Shown here piece after piece: positions 50,208 to 60,900 of a stretch of 64,000 nt of DNA. The stretch spans positions 1,178,001 to 1,242,000 of the forward strand of contig JAUPSS010000004.1 of NCBI GenBank assembly GCA_040285825.1. Reading direction: 5' to 3'. The notes under the pieces were generated by a model that saw only the letters and a list, made by a program, of their open reading frames with translations, was not told the DNA's origin and searched no databases. Position numbers and translations under genes: made by a program. The stretch comes from Eukaryota sp. TZLM1-RC (Eukaryota > Protista > Metamonada: BaSk clade). Each line of letters begins with the position of its first letter. Within the stretch, counting starts at the first letter, position 1.

Positions 50208-50566
50208 TTGAAACTAAAGAGAACTTTACTGTAAGCTATTTGTAAGTTATTTTGATGGCGGGATTTTGTGAAAATTTTGGTAGTGAATATCAATATCGAT
50301 ATCAATACATTTACAAATAGCAAATTGTTACACTCTTTCACACCACATTAGCTACTTCATCGGTTAAAACTTTCAACCAATTTTCCTCAGATGAATGAAA
50401 TGGTGATGGATTTGTTGAAGCAGAAACCAACGGCATTCTGAATTGAACAATGGAAAACATTCACACCCTACTGAAATGAGTTTGATAAACCTGGAATTTT
50501 GGCACATAAACATTTAAATATCAATTTGGGCTGCAATGACAACTTGTTCCCAAAATAATATTGTGT

Positions 50567-50670
50567 TGTTGGCGCCCTGAGGCTTATATAATATGATTAC
50601 AAAATAAATCAACTTTTACTCATTCACATTATCTCAGACTTTTCTTTATTACAATAGACTTTAGGCAACA
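50567..50670 (+). mobile_element. 104-bp solo LTR with 4-bp TSD
   Basis: TGTTGGCG…TAGGCAACA flanked by GTGT (50563-50566 and 50671-50674); internal TATA and AATAAA; homologous to 6484-6558. Confidence 0.8.
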
Positions 50671-51052
50671 GTGTATTTGGAATTGAGGGAAACGGATTGA
50701 TGAAAGGCTGCATTCCAGTCACACAGTGCTTTCTTTTCTCCATTCCTTGAACTTCCAAATATCGTAGTGATTTCAGATTGATAAGAAAAAAGAATCAAAA
50801 TAAAGTTCGCAAGTTACCGACAAGAAAATTCAAATTAAACATAAATAAAAAAATAATTTATAATTTCCTGAACATGATTTCAATAAACCAGAAATTTCCA
50901 AGAAATGCTGAAGTCACAAGTTTTTGTCAGAAATTCCTGAAAAAGATCCAATAACACAGCCACCACATCCACCTTTATGTTAAATAAGATTTGCTGTTTA
51001 ATGTGTGGTGTTCAAAGTCGAAAAGAAATTCAGGTTTTAGCGACAAAAATTG

Positions 51053-52832
51053 AGTTGTTTTTTGAGGCTGATTCTAAAGCGACTTCACTGGCACGGTGTT
51101 TCATTTGTACATTTATCTTAGTACCTCACATTACTTAGTGATATAAAATTTAAAAGAAGCTCTGGTGAGTCATAACAATGCTTCAAAGCGAAACTCTGAA
51201 ATACGAGATCACCACAACTGTTTTTAAAGATTCTGGTCCACATCAATCTCCAAACTGGATAAGATGATTTGGTCCACGACAACAGTGAAGCTTGTATCCA
51301 TCAAAAGCATCATCCAAAAATTGGTTGGTTTCCAAAGAAGACTTCAGTTTCAGTGTCAGAATTTTCAGTCATTGTGCTCAAGAATTATTTTGAATGATTA
51401 TTGACCTTTATATGGAGCATTGGCCATGGCGACATGACCAAATTGCTTTATTTCTTATTTGCTTTATTTCTTATTTGCTTTATTTCTTATTTAAAAATAT
51501 GTTAAGCATAATCACAAATGAAATTTTACTGCTTAATCAACCAAAAAAAGAGTCAGAAAATATATTCAACTTCAAATACACACAGTGCATTAAGTTCGAA
51601 CCAGTCATTAAGAAGATAGAACAAATAAAAAGTAGGTTTATTAATATAAATATATTGGTCAATATATTCAGCAATAAAGATCCCATCAAACATGTCAGTA
51701 CTCAATGTGTTTGTCATGATCTTGGAACTGTAGAGAGTCACATTCATCACATTCCATATGGTTGACTCACCAAAGTTGCCAACAAAAGTGAGCTTGCCCA
51801 GCACAAAACTCACCTCTGAATTGTTCAATGACAAAAAAACCTCCGATTTTGTTATTCAACATGGGGAATCTCAATTCCATGTCCATCAATGGATACTTTC
51901 CTTCTACTCACCTGTGTTTCGTCGTTGGTTCACAACAGGCATGAAAGAACAAGAAAGTAGAAAGGTCGATCTCTCTGATCACCACTTAGAAGCTGAATCT
52001 TTGACATCATTTCTGAAGCTTCTATATTGCTTTGAACTCAACCTATCACCTGAGAAAATCTATCCCGTTTATGCTTGGGGCCACTATTTTGATGTTCAAG
52101 ACGTTACGTCGCATTGCATAAGATTGATGAAGCGACAGCTTGATAATCCGGCATTGAAAGATCGGTTGCTAGACATCCTCGCTGAACACGAGGACAAGGA
52201 GCTCATGCAACAATTGGGTGCATATCCAAGCTGTTCTTTGTCAAAGCAGGTGTTACAGCTACAAAGAAGGTCAATGAAGGACTTGCAAAATAGAATACGT
52301 GCTGATGTTAGACCACGTTTCAAACCTCGAAGCGATAGTATAGATAGAGTCTGGCTTAGCGCTAACAATACAATGGTAGGAACGACAAGCAACAAAACCA
52401 CTTTCTGCTTTATCACTGTTAATGGTCGTTTCAATGTTTGTGATAACCCTTTTGAAATCTCCTTGTTTATTCAGAATCTATCCATTCTGTCGTCAAAGTC
52501 TAAGTTGTTTGTTGGTCTTTCAAAAGGCTCCCGAAATTTGTTCTATTTAGGTTGTCGTAGTGATGGTATAATCCATCCATCCACCAACAGAGGCAGATCT
52601 AATTCTGGATTTAGTTCCGGGGACACACTTCACATAACGTTTGTTGATTCTACTTTTAAAGTGCAAAATGTAAATGAAGTTCTTTGTGAAAAGAAATTTT
52701 GGTGTAATGAACACACAATATACACATTATTTGTTCGCTTTACTGGTGAAGAGGGTACCATTTTAGAACTTTTGTAGAAATTAGTTGTAAATCCCTGATT
52801 CAATACATTCTGCTTTTATTCATAGACATACC
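51053..52832 (+). repeat. Inverted duplication arm 1 (arm 2 about 54450-56210) containing the BTB gene and about 700 bp upstream
   Basis: Colinear inverted homology from ttttgaggctgattc to agacatacc. Confidence 0.92.
51758..52777 (+). CDS. BTB/POZ protein with C-terminal SPRY/B30.2-like beta domain
   Basis: SDFVI..F.VHQWILS..SPVF..WF..GMKE BTB signature; C-terminal VWLSANNTMV…FVGL…FSSGDTL suggests a SPRY-like fold (inference). Confidence 0.88.
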   Translation: MVDSPKLPTKVSLPSTKLTSELFNDKKTSDFVIQHGESQFHVHQWILSFYSPVFRRWFTTGMKEQESRKVDLSDHHLEAESLTSFLKLLYCFELNLSPEKIYPVYAWGHYFDVQDVTSHCIRLMKRQLDNPALKDRLLDILAEHEDKELMQQLGAYPSCSLSKQVLQLQRRSMKDLQNRIRADVRPRFKPRSDSIDRVWLSANNTMVGTTSNKTTFCFITVNGRFNVCDNPFEISLFIQNLSILSSKSKLFVGLSKGSRNLFYLGCRSDGIIHPSTNRGRSNSGFSSGDTLHITFVDSTFKVQNVNEVLCEKKFWCNEHTIYTLFVRFTGEEGTILELL

Positions 52833-53829
52833 AAGATAGATAATAGAAACATAAAAGATTGAAAAAAGTAACTTAGTTACATCGCTTCTTTTGGTTTGAA
52901 CTTTGTCTATTGAATACGTTTACAAATAATATAATGAATACTACAATCATGCCACAAATCAAAGAAATTATCATATACTGTGGCCAATAGTACACTTGAT
53001 CACGTTCTAGTATAAGTTATACTCAATTATCCAGGTAGATCTTGTTGAGTAAATCTTGATTTCCACTATACCATTTAAAAAATCTTAATCAGAAGTAATG
53101 CATGTAACTCGTTTGGTCATTTTCAATGAAGCTGAAGCCTAACACTGACCAAATTACTCAATTTCTTATTATTTTCTGAGTTTATTCAACAACGTGTGGC
53201 TTGAAAAGGTGTTCCACAAAGAACATGGTGAATAAAATGCTAACAAATTGTCAATGTGGATTAATAATAGTTCTATAATTGTATTGCATTTATTTGATTT
53301 TAACTAACTTTTAAGAGAATGTACAGTCAAAAACAGTCTTCAATAACAAGTTTATCTATCTATATATCTAGATGAAATTCTTGCAATCACAGGTTGATCC
53401 GCCAACTTTCCTTTTTGAACCTTCATCGACTATAAACCTTCTACCCCCTGTTCAAGCATTGAGCTTCTTTGCTGGTGATGGCTATAAATAGACCAACTTT
53501 AGGCTGTTTCAAACAAAATTTTGAAAATTGATTACCACCTTTACTGTATCTTTGAATTACAGAGAGATTGTTTTGAGCGGATGTAAGACAATTTTCGTTT
53601 ACTGAACATTGTGTGTCAGCAAAACGATGTTGAAATTTATCTATACAATAGCATAATTTCTTTGCATTTATCCTCTGGGTTTTTGATTGCTTTAAATTTG
53701 GTTTGGTCGATGAAAATGTAGCATTTTAAATAAATAAAATTTGATTTTGAATTTAAAACCATTTGAAAACTCCCATTTTCACCCTGATGATTGTTTCCTT
53801 AGAGAGTCTAACAAAGAAAACTCTTGAAG

Positions 53830-54010
53830 AACTGAAACCCAACACAACTTTCACCTGTAGTGAATCTTTTGAAGCAGTGGTCCACCAATATTCTTTATTT
53901 GTTGATAGAGAAGCGATCAAAGTCAGGAACAGCAACAAAACACGCATCTCTTTTACATGCTCTGATAGCACATGTTGCATTGATGTCAAGGCATCAAGGC
54001 CATTAGTAAC
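53830..54010 (+). pseudogene. MuDR-type transposase DNA-binding domain fragment
   Basis: TF.CSESFEAVVHQYS…SNKTRISFTC.DSTC.IDVKAS pattern. Confidence 0.55.
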
Positions 54011-54086
54011 CAACTTGAAACATATACTTCAACAAGAGGAAGTATGCTTACCACCAGTAGGTAATCCTCAACAAGGCAGACCTACA

Positions 54087-54215
54087 ACTTTCAATCGCCT
54101 ATTAGAGAAGCTTTAGCTAGACAGCAAGCAGATCAAGATTTTGTAGATGAAATATTGGTTCAATGAATTTCGTCCCCTTAGTTACGAGTTTTTTTGTTAA
54201 GTTTGCAAGTTCAAT
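54087..54215 (+). mobile_element. Degenerate 3' terminus of CRE subfamily A
   Basis: agagaagctttagctagacagcaagcagatcaagattttgtag plus a decayed 3' UTR. Confidence 0.85.
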
Positions 54216-54505
54216 TAATATGAACTTATTTAGTTGCATTGCGTATTTTCTTTTTGTGATACAAACAATAAGATGAAAAAATGATGATAAAAAGTGGTTA
54301 TTGATTGGTAGAGAGCATGCTGAACTCGTCATTAATGATTCAATTGTTACTTTCGTCAACTATTATCAATCAGGATTTTGTTTTTAGGTTGTTGTTAAGA
54401 CAATTTTGATGAAATTCGAAATCAACTTTCATCTCTTTTAGATCTTTTCAGGTATGTCTCTAAATGAAAGCAAAATATATTCAATCAGGTATTTGTTAGA
54501 AATTT

Positions 54506-55543
54506 CTACAAAAGTTCTAAAATTGTGCCCTCTTCACCAGTAAAGCGAACAAATAATGTGATTTCGTTATCACCACCACCAACAACAGCAACTCTTCTTC
54601 CATAAAGAACTTCATTTCCATTTCGAACTTTAAAAGTAGAATCAACATACGTTATGTGCAGTGTATCCCCGGAACTAAATCCAGAATTAAACATGCCGGT
54701 GTAGCTATCTGGATGGTTTACACCATCACTACGACAACCAAAATAAGTCTTGGTGATGGGCACATTTCGGGAGCCTTTTGAAAGACCAACAAACAATTTA
54801 GACTTTGACGACAGAAAGGACAGATTCTGAACCAACAAGGAAATGTCAAAACGGTAATTACTAACATTGCTACGACCATTAACAGTGATGATGCAGGAAG
54901 TTTCTTTGTTGCTTGTCGTTCCTACCATTGTATTGTTAGCGCTAAGCCAAACATTACCTATACTATCGCTCAAAGGTTTGAAACGTGGTCTAACATCAGC
55001 AAGTTTTCTATTTTGCAAAACGTTCATTGACCTTCTTTGTAGCTGTAACACCTGCTTTGACATAGAACAGCTACGATCTGCACCCAATTGTTGCATGAGC
55101 TCCTTGTCCTCGTGTTCAGCGAGGATGTCTAGCAACCGATCTTTCAATGCCGGATTATCAAGCTGTTGCTTCATCAATCTTATGCAATGTGATGTAACGT
55201 CTTGGACATCAAAATAGTGGCCCCAAGCATAAACGGGATAGATTTTCTCAGGTGATAGGTTGAGTTCAAAGCAATATAGAAGCTTCAGAAATGATTTCAA
55301 AGATTCAGCATCTAAGTGGTGATCAGAAAGATCGACCTTTCCACTTTCTTCTTCTTTCATGCCGGTTGTAAACCAACGCCGAAACACAGGTGAGTAGAAG
55401 GAAAGTATCCATTGATGGACATGGAATTGAGTTTCCCCGTGTTGGATAACAAAATCGGAGGTGTTTTTATCATTGAACAATTCAGAGGTGAGTTTTGTGC
55501 TCGGCAAGCTCACTTCTGTTGGTAACCACGTGTGCAAAACCAT
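54506..55543 (-). CDS. BTB/POZ-SPRY-like protein, paralog of 51758-52777
   Basis: Near-identical BTB domain, diverged C-terminal domain; intact 345-aa ORF. Confidence 0.88.
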   Translation of the reverse strand: MVLHTWLPTEVSLPSTKLTSELFNDKNTSDFVIQHGETQFHVHQWILSFYSPVFRRWFTTGMKEEESGKVDLSDHHLDAESLKSFLKLLYCFELNLSPEKIYPVYAWGHYFDVQDVTSHCIRLMKQQLDNPALKDRLLDILAEHEDKELMQQLGADRSCSMSKQVLQLQRRSMNVLQNRKLADVRPRFKPLSDSIGNVWLSANNTMVGTTSNKETSCIITVNGRSNVSNYRFDISLLVQNLSFLSSKSKLFVGLSKGSRNVPITKTYFGCRSDGVNHPDSYTGMFNSGFSSGDTLHITYVDSTFKVRNGNEVLYGRRVAVVGGGDNEITLFVRFTGEEGTILELL

Positions 55544-56429
55544 ATGGAATGTGATGAATTTGGCTCTCTACAGTTCCAAGATCATTACAAACACATTGAG
55601 TACTGACATGTTTGATTACTGACATCTTGTCAGTGACAAGTTTGATGGGATCCTTATTGCTGAATTTATTGACCAATAGATTTGTCTAATGACTTCTTAA
55701 TGACTAATTCGAAGTTAATCCACTGAGTGTTTGTGAAGTTGAATGTACTTTCTGACTCTTTTTATGGTTGATTCAACAGTAAACTTACGACGAAAAGATT
55801 TTATACAGCATAACTTTTCTCTCATGACATAATGGCCAATGATCAATGTTAATGTCAATAATCATTCAAAATATTTCTTGAGAAAGATGACTGAAAATTC
55901 TGACACTGAATCTGAATCTTTCTTCTCCGTGAAACCAACCAATTTTTGAATGCTCCCCCTGATGGATACAAGCTTCACTGTTGTCGTGGCCCAAATCATC
56001 TTATCCAGATTGGAGGTTGATGTGGACCAGAATGTTTAAAAACAGTCGTGGTGATCTCGTATTTCAGAGTTTCGCTTTGAAGCATTGTTGTGACTCACCA
56101 GAGCTTCTGATAAATTTTATATCACTAAGTAATGTGAGGTGCTAAGATAAATAAATAAAAGAAACACACTGCCAGTGAATTAGCTCTCGGAATCAGCCTC
56201 AAAAAACAGCTTGGTTCTATTGGTGCTTTAGTCAATAAATTATTAAAAATTGATGAATGAATTAACTTGAAAGTTTACCACAATTATTGCCATTTATCTT
56301 TATCTTGAGCAAATAAAACATAATATTGTCGACATTTAGTCTGCCACACGTAACAATCAAATGTAAAACAATGAGACTATTCACCAAATTGTTTTAACAA
56401 ATATCGAATTAAAATAATCAAATGCACAA

Positions 56430-57040
56430 CTAAATCTCCACATCCTCAAAACCTGCCTTTCTTTCACCAAACAAATTAATTACTGAAGATTCAGAAAATT
56501 TTTCAAAAGAATCAAAAATCCATTTCACCATTCCCTTAAATATAGAAAAGACAATCCTGTTCTGTCAATAAACAAGATTGAAATTCTTCCAGTCCTTTCC
56601 TTTACAACTACAACAGAAACCTCAAGGAAAGCCATAGCAGGGTTACATAAAATTGCAAGCAAAAAAAAGGGACATAAATTATATTGGACATGAGAATTTT
56701 CATTAACTGAGGAAATGGACTTCGCGTCTGTAGCAATTTTAAATTTTTCGCCAGCAAGAAGATGATTATTTACATATGAGTTAATGAAAAGTTCGTTGGA
56801 AGAATTACAAGGGTCTATGGACATGGCGTCTAAAATGGTAAAATTACCATTTAAGCCGAGAACAACCAGATAACCTCTTGTGAGATTCATAGAAGCTCTG
56901 TTGTAGTGTGTACTATCAATATTGAGGTTATCAAGAATTAATTTTGATGGCAAAGGCTCTAAAATGGAATCTACTCGATATGATTTACACATTGTATAAA
57001 TTTGGTTTTTGACAGTATTATGTACTTTACTTCTAATTTT
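56430..57040 (-). mobile_element. CRE RLE 3' fragment (subfamily C-related)
   Basis: RSKVHNTVKNQIY.MCKS..EPL..RG..LD.MSIDPC. Confidence 0.8.
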
Positions 57041-57189
57041 TTTAATCAATGTTGTTTTTAATGCTTTAATTTAAAAAGTGGAAAGAATGGAAACTCATTC
57101 CACATTGCATTAAATAAATAACATCATTTTAAAAATGCATATGAAACATATCTACCCACTTTTTTTCAAAAGTGGAACACGTCTACCCA

Positions 57190-57360
57190 GCACAACACAG
57201 AGGACATATGGGTAATTTGTGAGGGGAGAATGAAAATTCACCTATTATTGACCATAGGTGAAGCACACAGACTTTTCCCTTTGAAAAAACGGGTGATTTA
57301 CAAAAATGCTCACGTTTTCACTTTGAAGTTTCAAAAATGCATCGTTAGACTCATGACGAA
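57190..57360 (-). mobile_element. Remnant of the left/5' region of the IS630/Tc1 family
   Basis: Reverse complement matches about 22435-22500 (ttcac.t.tggtcaataata.gtgaatttt.attctc.cctcacaaatt). Confidence 0.7.
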
Positions 57361-57559
57361 GGCGCATCAGCTCTTCTAAGGCTTTGTTCTTGGCCATAGT
57401 GTTCAGATTGGAGAAAAGAAGGGGAAATTAGACTCAATTGAAAAACGTGAGCAGATGTGAAACAAGGGGATTCAAAATGTGAGCATTTTTGTAATTAACT
57501 CTTAAAAAACTTTACCAACTCCACCACCACCTCAATCAAATACCACCACCTCCACACTC

Positions 57560-58345
57560 ATGTCATACTCCAACAAGGTCAAAATAGGCAACTACTTTGA
57601 AGATCGTTGTAACGACGAAATCAAAGTTCAATCCTTCCTTCAAAAGCTCCAGTCTGGAGACCTTGAGTTTATGAAGGAAGAACGTAAACGAAAACGTATC
57701 ACTGCCCCTGTCGAACTCACCAGCTCTCGACCTGATGTTGTCTCATTTGAAGACGTCATTCAGATCTCCACCCAAGACAACCAAGTTCTCTCCGTCTTTC
57801 CTGACGATACTGCCATTCCTACAGCCCATTCATGCACTGTTTCCTTAACCACTCAGTCATCCCCCTGTGTAAGGAACGCCTTTCGTGTAGTGAGGGATGA
57901 GGATGCCATGAACCAATACATTGCTGATTTTGATGACAGATTCCCTCCAAATGACCCTATATTAAGATTTGGCCAAAAGTTTCACTTGCTAGCCCACCAA
58001 GATTTATCTACAAATCCTAACCCCAACCCCAACCCCAACCAGCTTGTACTCTACTCTGAACCAAAGAGTTTCACAGCCTTTTCTAGAGTCTCTAACAATC
58101 AAATTCTTTGCGTGCGATCTCCTAGGAAAATTTACTCTTCCTTTTATATCGCGCACCATGACCCTGAACTCCGTCTTGAGATGGAGGGAGAACCTGTTCC
58201 AAGGGGGTCACCATTGCTTTTGATTCATGCTCAAACGGGAAAGGGTGTGGTTGTGGGCAAGGATAAGGTCTGTACTGATTTAGGAAGTGATTTGGAGGTT
58301 TACTGTGATAATATTGGAAGAGCTAGTCTGTTTGTATTTAAGTAG
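57560..58345 (+). CDS. CFAP161: Cilia- and flagella-associated protein 161-like
   Basis: N-terminal Y..KV.IGN.FEDR, P.VRNAF, LRFGQKF.L, LYSEP, DP.LR.EMEG.PVP…..H.QTG, as in CFAP161/C15orf26. Confidence 0.8.
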   Translation: MSYSNKVKIGNYFEDRCNDEIKVQSFLQKLQSGDLEFMKEERKRKRITAPVELTSSRPDVVSFEDVIQISTQDNQVLSVFPDDTAIPTAHSCTVSLTTQSSPCVRNAFRVVRDEDAMNQYIADFDDRFPPNDPILRFGQKFHLLAHQDLSTNPNPNPNPNQLVLYSEPKSFTAFSRVSNNQILCVRSPRKIYSSFYIAHHDPELRLEMEGEPVPRGSPLLLIHAQTGKGVVVGKDKVCTDLGSDLEVYCDNIGRASLFVFK

Positions 58346-58522
58346 TTGAATAAATTGTATTTTTAGGATTTATAAAATTTATTTTTTTTTAATTTTTTTG
58401 TTGATTACAATTGTTTTGAAGATATTTTATGCTATGACCATCCTTGTCAAGCAATTTGGTTGAATACTACGTATAGTATAGTATAGTACGTAGAAAATAA
58501 AATTTAATATATGTACTTATTT

Positions 58523-60605
58523 ATTTAATTATTAAAAAAATAACAAAACATAACAAAACAAACTAAAACACATAAGAAACAAAATTCTCCACGCCAACTC
58601 TTGATGAATCCTTATACAGCTTGGACATCATTAAATTTATGTACTTGGGAACACTTCTGTATAAAGCAAAAATGATGCGATTCTTCCAAAAATTCCCTGC
58701 AAAAATCTTACCACTTGAACGACATAAATTACCAAAATCATTGATAAAATTCAAGGCGGACTGTCCAATGTTGCCAAAAATCGAAAAGGCAATATGAACA
58801 AACGAAAACATCGAGTAAAGATTCTTATTTAAATCATTTAATATCTCAGTATATTTATCTCTTTTACGATCCTCCGCCTTTTTTAAATGACCATTAGCAC
58901 TAAGTAAAACATCGTCACGATAAATAAAAGCAAAGGGATCAACTGTAGTAAAATCAACAACAACTTGAGAGGAATCCACAAAAGGAGCAATTAAATCACC
59001 TCGACGTGAATTTAACAGATTATTATCGCAAAAATGCTTCAGCAACGGTTCTACTTTGCAATTAAAATTGTAACACTTAAACATCTCATATGTCACATCA
59101 CGAACGGCATTATGAAACACAAATCGATATTGAAGGAATTTCTTACAACTAATAATATGACGGAATTTGGCAGTAGGTTTTTCGTTACAAATACAAACAG
59201 AATTATCCAAAAAACCACTTGGATACAGCCCCAATCTCAACCGCATGTTTTGTTTCCATGCTTCATTGTTAAGTGAAGACCAAATGGCCTTGGTTGCTAA
59301 GATTAAACTAGTGATTAAACTAGTGCAGTTCTGGATGTCTGATAAAAAGGCAGCAAAGACGGGATTATTAATCTTAGTCACACTAAGTCGTTTAGAAAAG
59401 TCCAGGTCTTCAAAACCAATTAGAACAGACTTCTGTAATTTTACAACAACAAGATGAAGATTGGTAAAAGATCTCGAAGGTACAGAGGGCAAACTTGATG
59501 GAAAACACTTATTCCACATCAACAGGCAGTTGCTGCACCATGTTTTCAAGAGAAATTAATAAAGGATGTGATTCATTCAAAGGAATATGATCAAAACGAA
59601 GTTTCCACTAAAAAGGAAAATTTTTCATACCACCAATAAAAGCACTTTTAATAAATACTCTGCTTTTGAAAAACCAACTCCACCAAATTTAGGACTAAAA
59701 AATGCATGATAAGGAATTTTTGATGGACAAACTTCTACTAAATCTCCTAAGAAATTTGTTCTCAAAGTATCAAATTGACGTGCAAAATCATGAGAAATTG
59801 TGGGGGATAAAGAACGAAGAAGGTGATTAATTTATGATCCAAAACACACATTGAGGACCGAAAACGCTAAATGTTTGTCAATTGCTGGATCTTGAATAGC
59901 TAAAAGTTGCTCATCGATTTTTCCCAAAATACCTGACAAAATCAATTTAACTTTTTCACAATTCCCAAAATAAGAGCCAAGAAAACGAATAGCATCTTCC
60001 TCGTAATCAACGTATTTGATAAAAGTTTCATTAAATGCCACCTCCGCATGCTGATTACCAATAATGAAACACTTGGGCAATTTAATATCTAACCCTATTT
60101 GTTTGAACAGAATAACGAAATGTTGTAACCCGTGCTGCAAAAGAGACAAAGGACCAATAAGTGATAAATCATCTGCATAAGCACATATATGAATGTCAGG
60201 AAAATCCGACTTGAATTTTACCAAAACTGATTGCAGTGCTAAGCAAACGAAAATTGGACCCAATGGATCCCCTTGTTTGACACCTCTTGACGAAACAATA
60301 TTCTCAGAATGGAAAACTAAGTTAGAGGGTGATCCATACATCAATTTAAAATACGGCAAAAGTGGAGGATAATGTAGTTCAAGTTCTTGTAAAATACTTG
60401 AGTGAAAAACCGAGTTGAAAGCATTTTGAAAATCAATATTCAATAAATAATTTTCGCCTTTTTGATTGAAAAGTAAATCTGTACACAACGCAGCACAAGT
60501 TGTGCCATCAGGAATTCCAATAGCAAACTGATAAGGACGAAACAAATTAATTGCGGATGACTTAACTCTTTTAAAAGAAATAATTGCTCATAATCTCATT
60601 ATGGA
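58523..60605 (-). mobile_element. 5'-truncated CRE subfamily E (RT core to RLE)
   Basis: QFAIG, IDFQNAFNS, GVKQGDPLGP, YADD, CIC..HIISC, HNAVRD, RRGDL, VDFT, KRDKY. Confidence 0.92.
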
Positions 60606-60609
60606 CTTT

Positions 60610-60900
60610 TATTTGTATCCATTTGTATTTTCTCTTTTTGGTTCACTTACTGCAAGAGCTTTATGTTTTTTGGCATGTTGAAATCATTGTAAAGAGAAAA
60701 AACAAACAGCAATTTCAACAGATTGTTTTGGCGAAATAGAATTGTGTTTTCTATTTTTCAGGGGATGTTGAAGATGGTTTCTGATGCTTTGCCTTCTCTT
60801 GAATCTCACAATAAGAGAGTTGCATCTAGTGTTTTTATTTTGGGAGAGATGAATTATTTAGATGTTGATTTATAGGGTTTTAATGAAAACAATTAAAAAT
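60610..60900 (+). mobile_element. 3' terminus of CRE subfamily C
   Basis: Matches the reverse complement of about 2290-2565. Confidence 0.85.

Noticed and set aside
52300-52777. DGR-like diversification of the BTB C-terminal domain by neighbouring RTs
   Set aside because: Differences are not adenine-specific, include indels, and there is no template repeat; the RTs are CRE-type.
58016-58040. Telomere-like CCTAA(CCCCAA)3 inside CFAP161
   Set aside because: An in-frame Asn-Pro microsatellite in a loop; too short to support an interstitial telomere.
58467-58493. CTACGTA-(TAGTA)n-TACGTAG mini hairpin
   Set aside because: Low-complexity and single-copy in the window; no supportable function.
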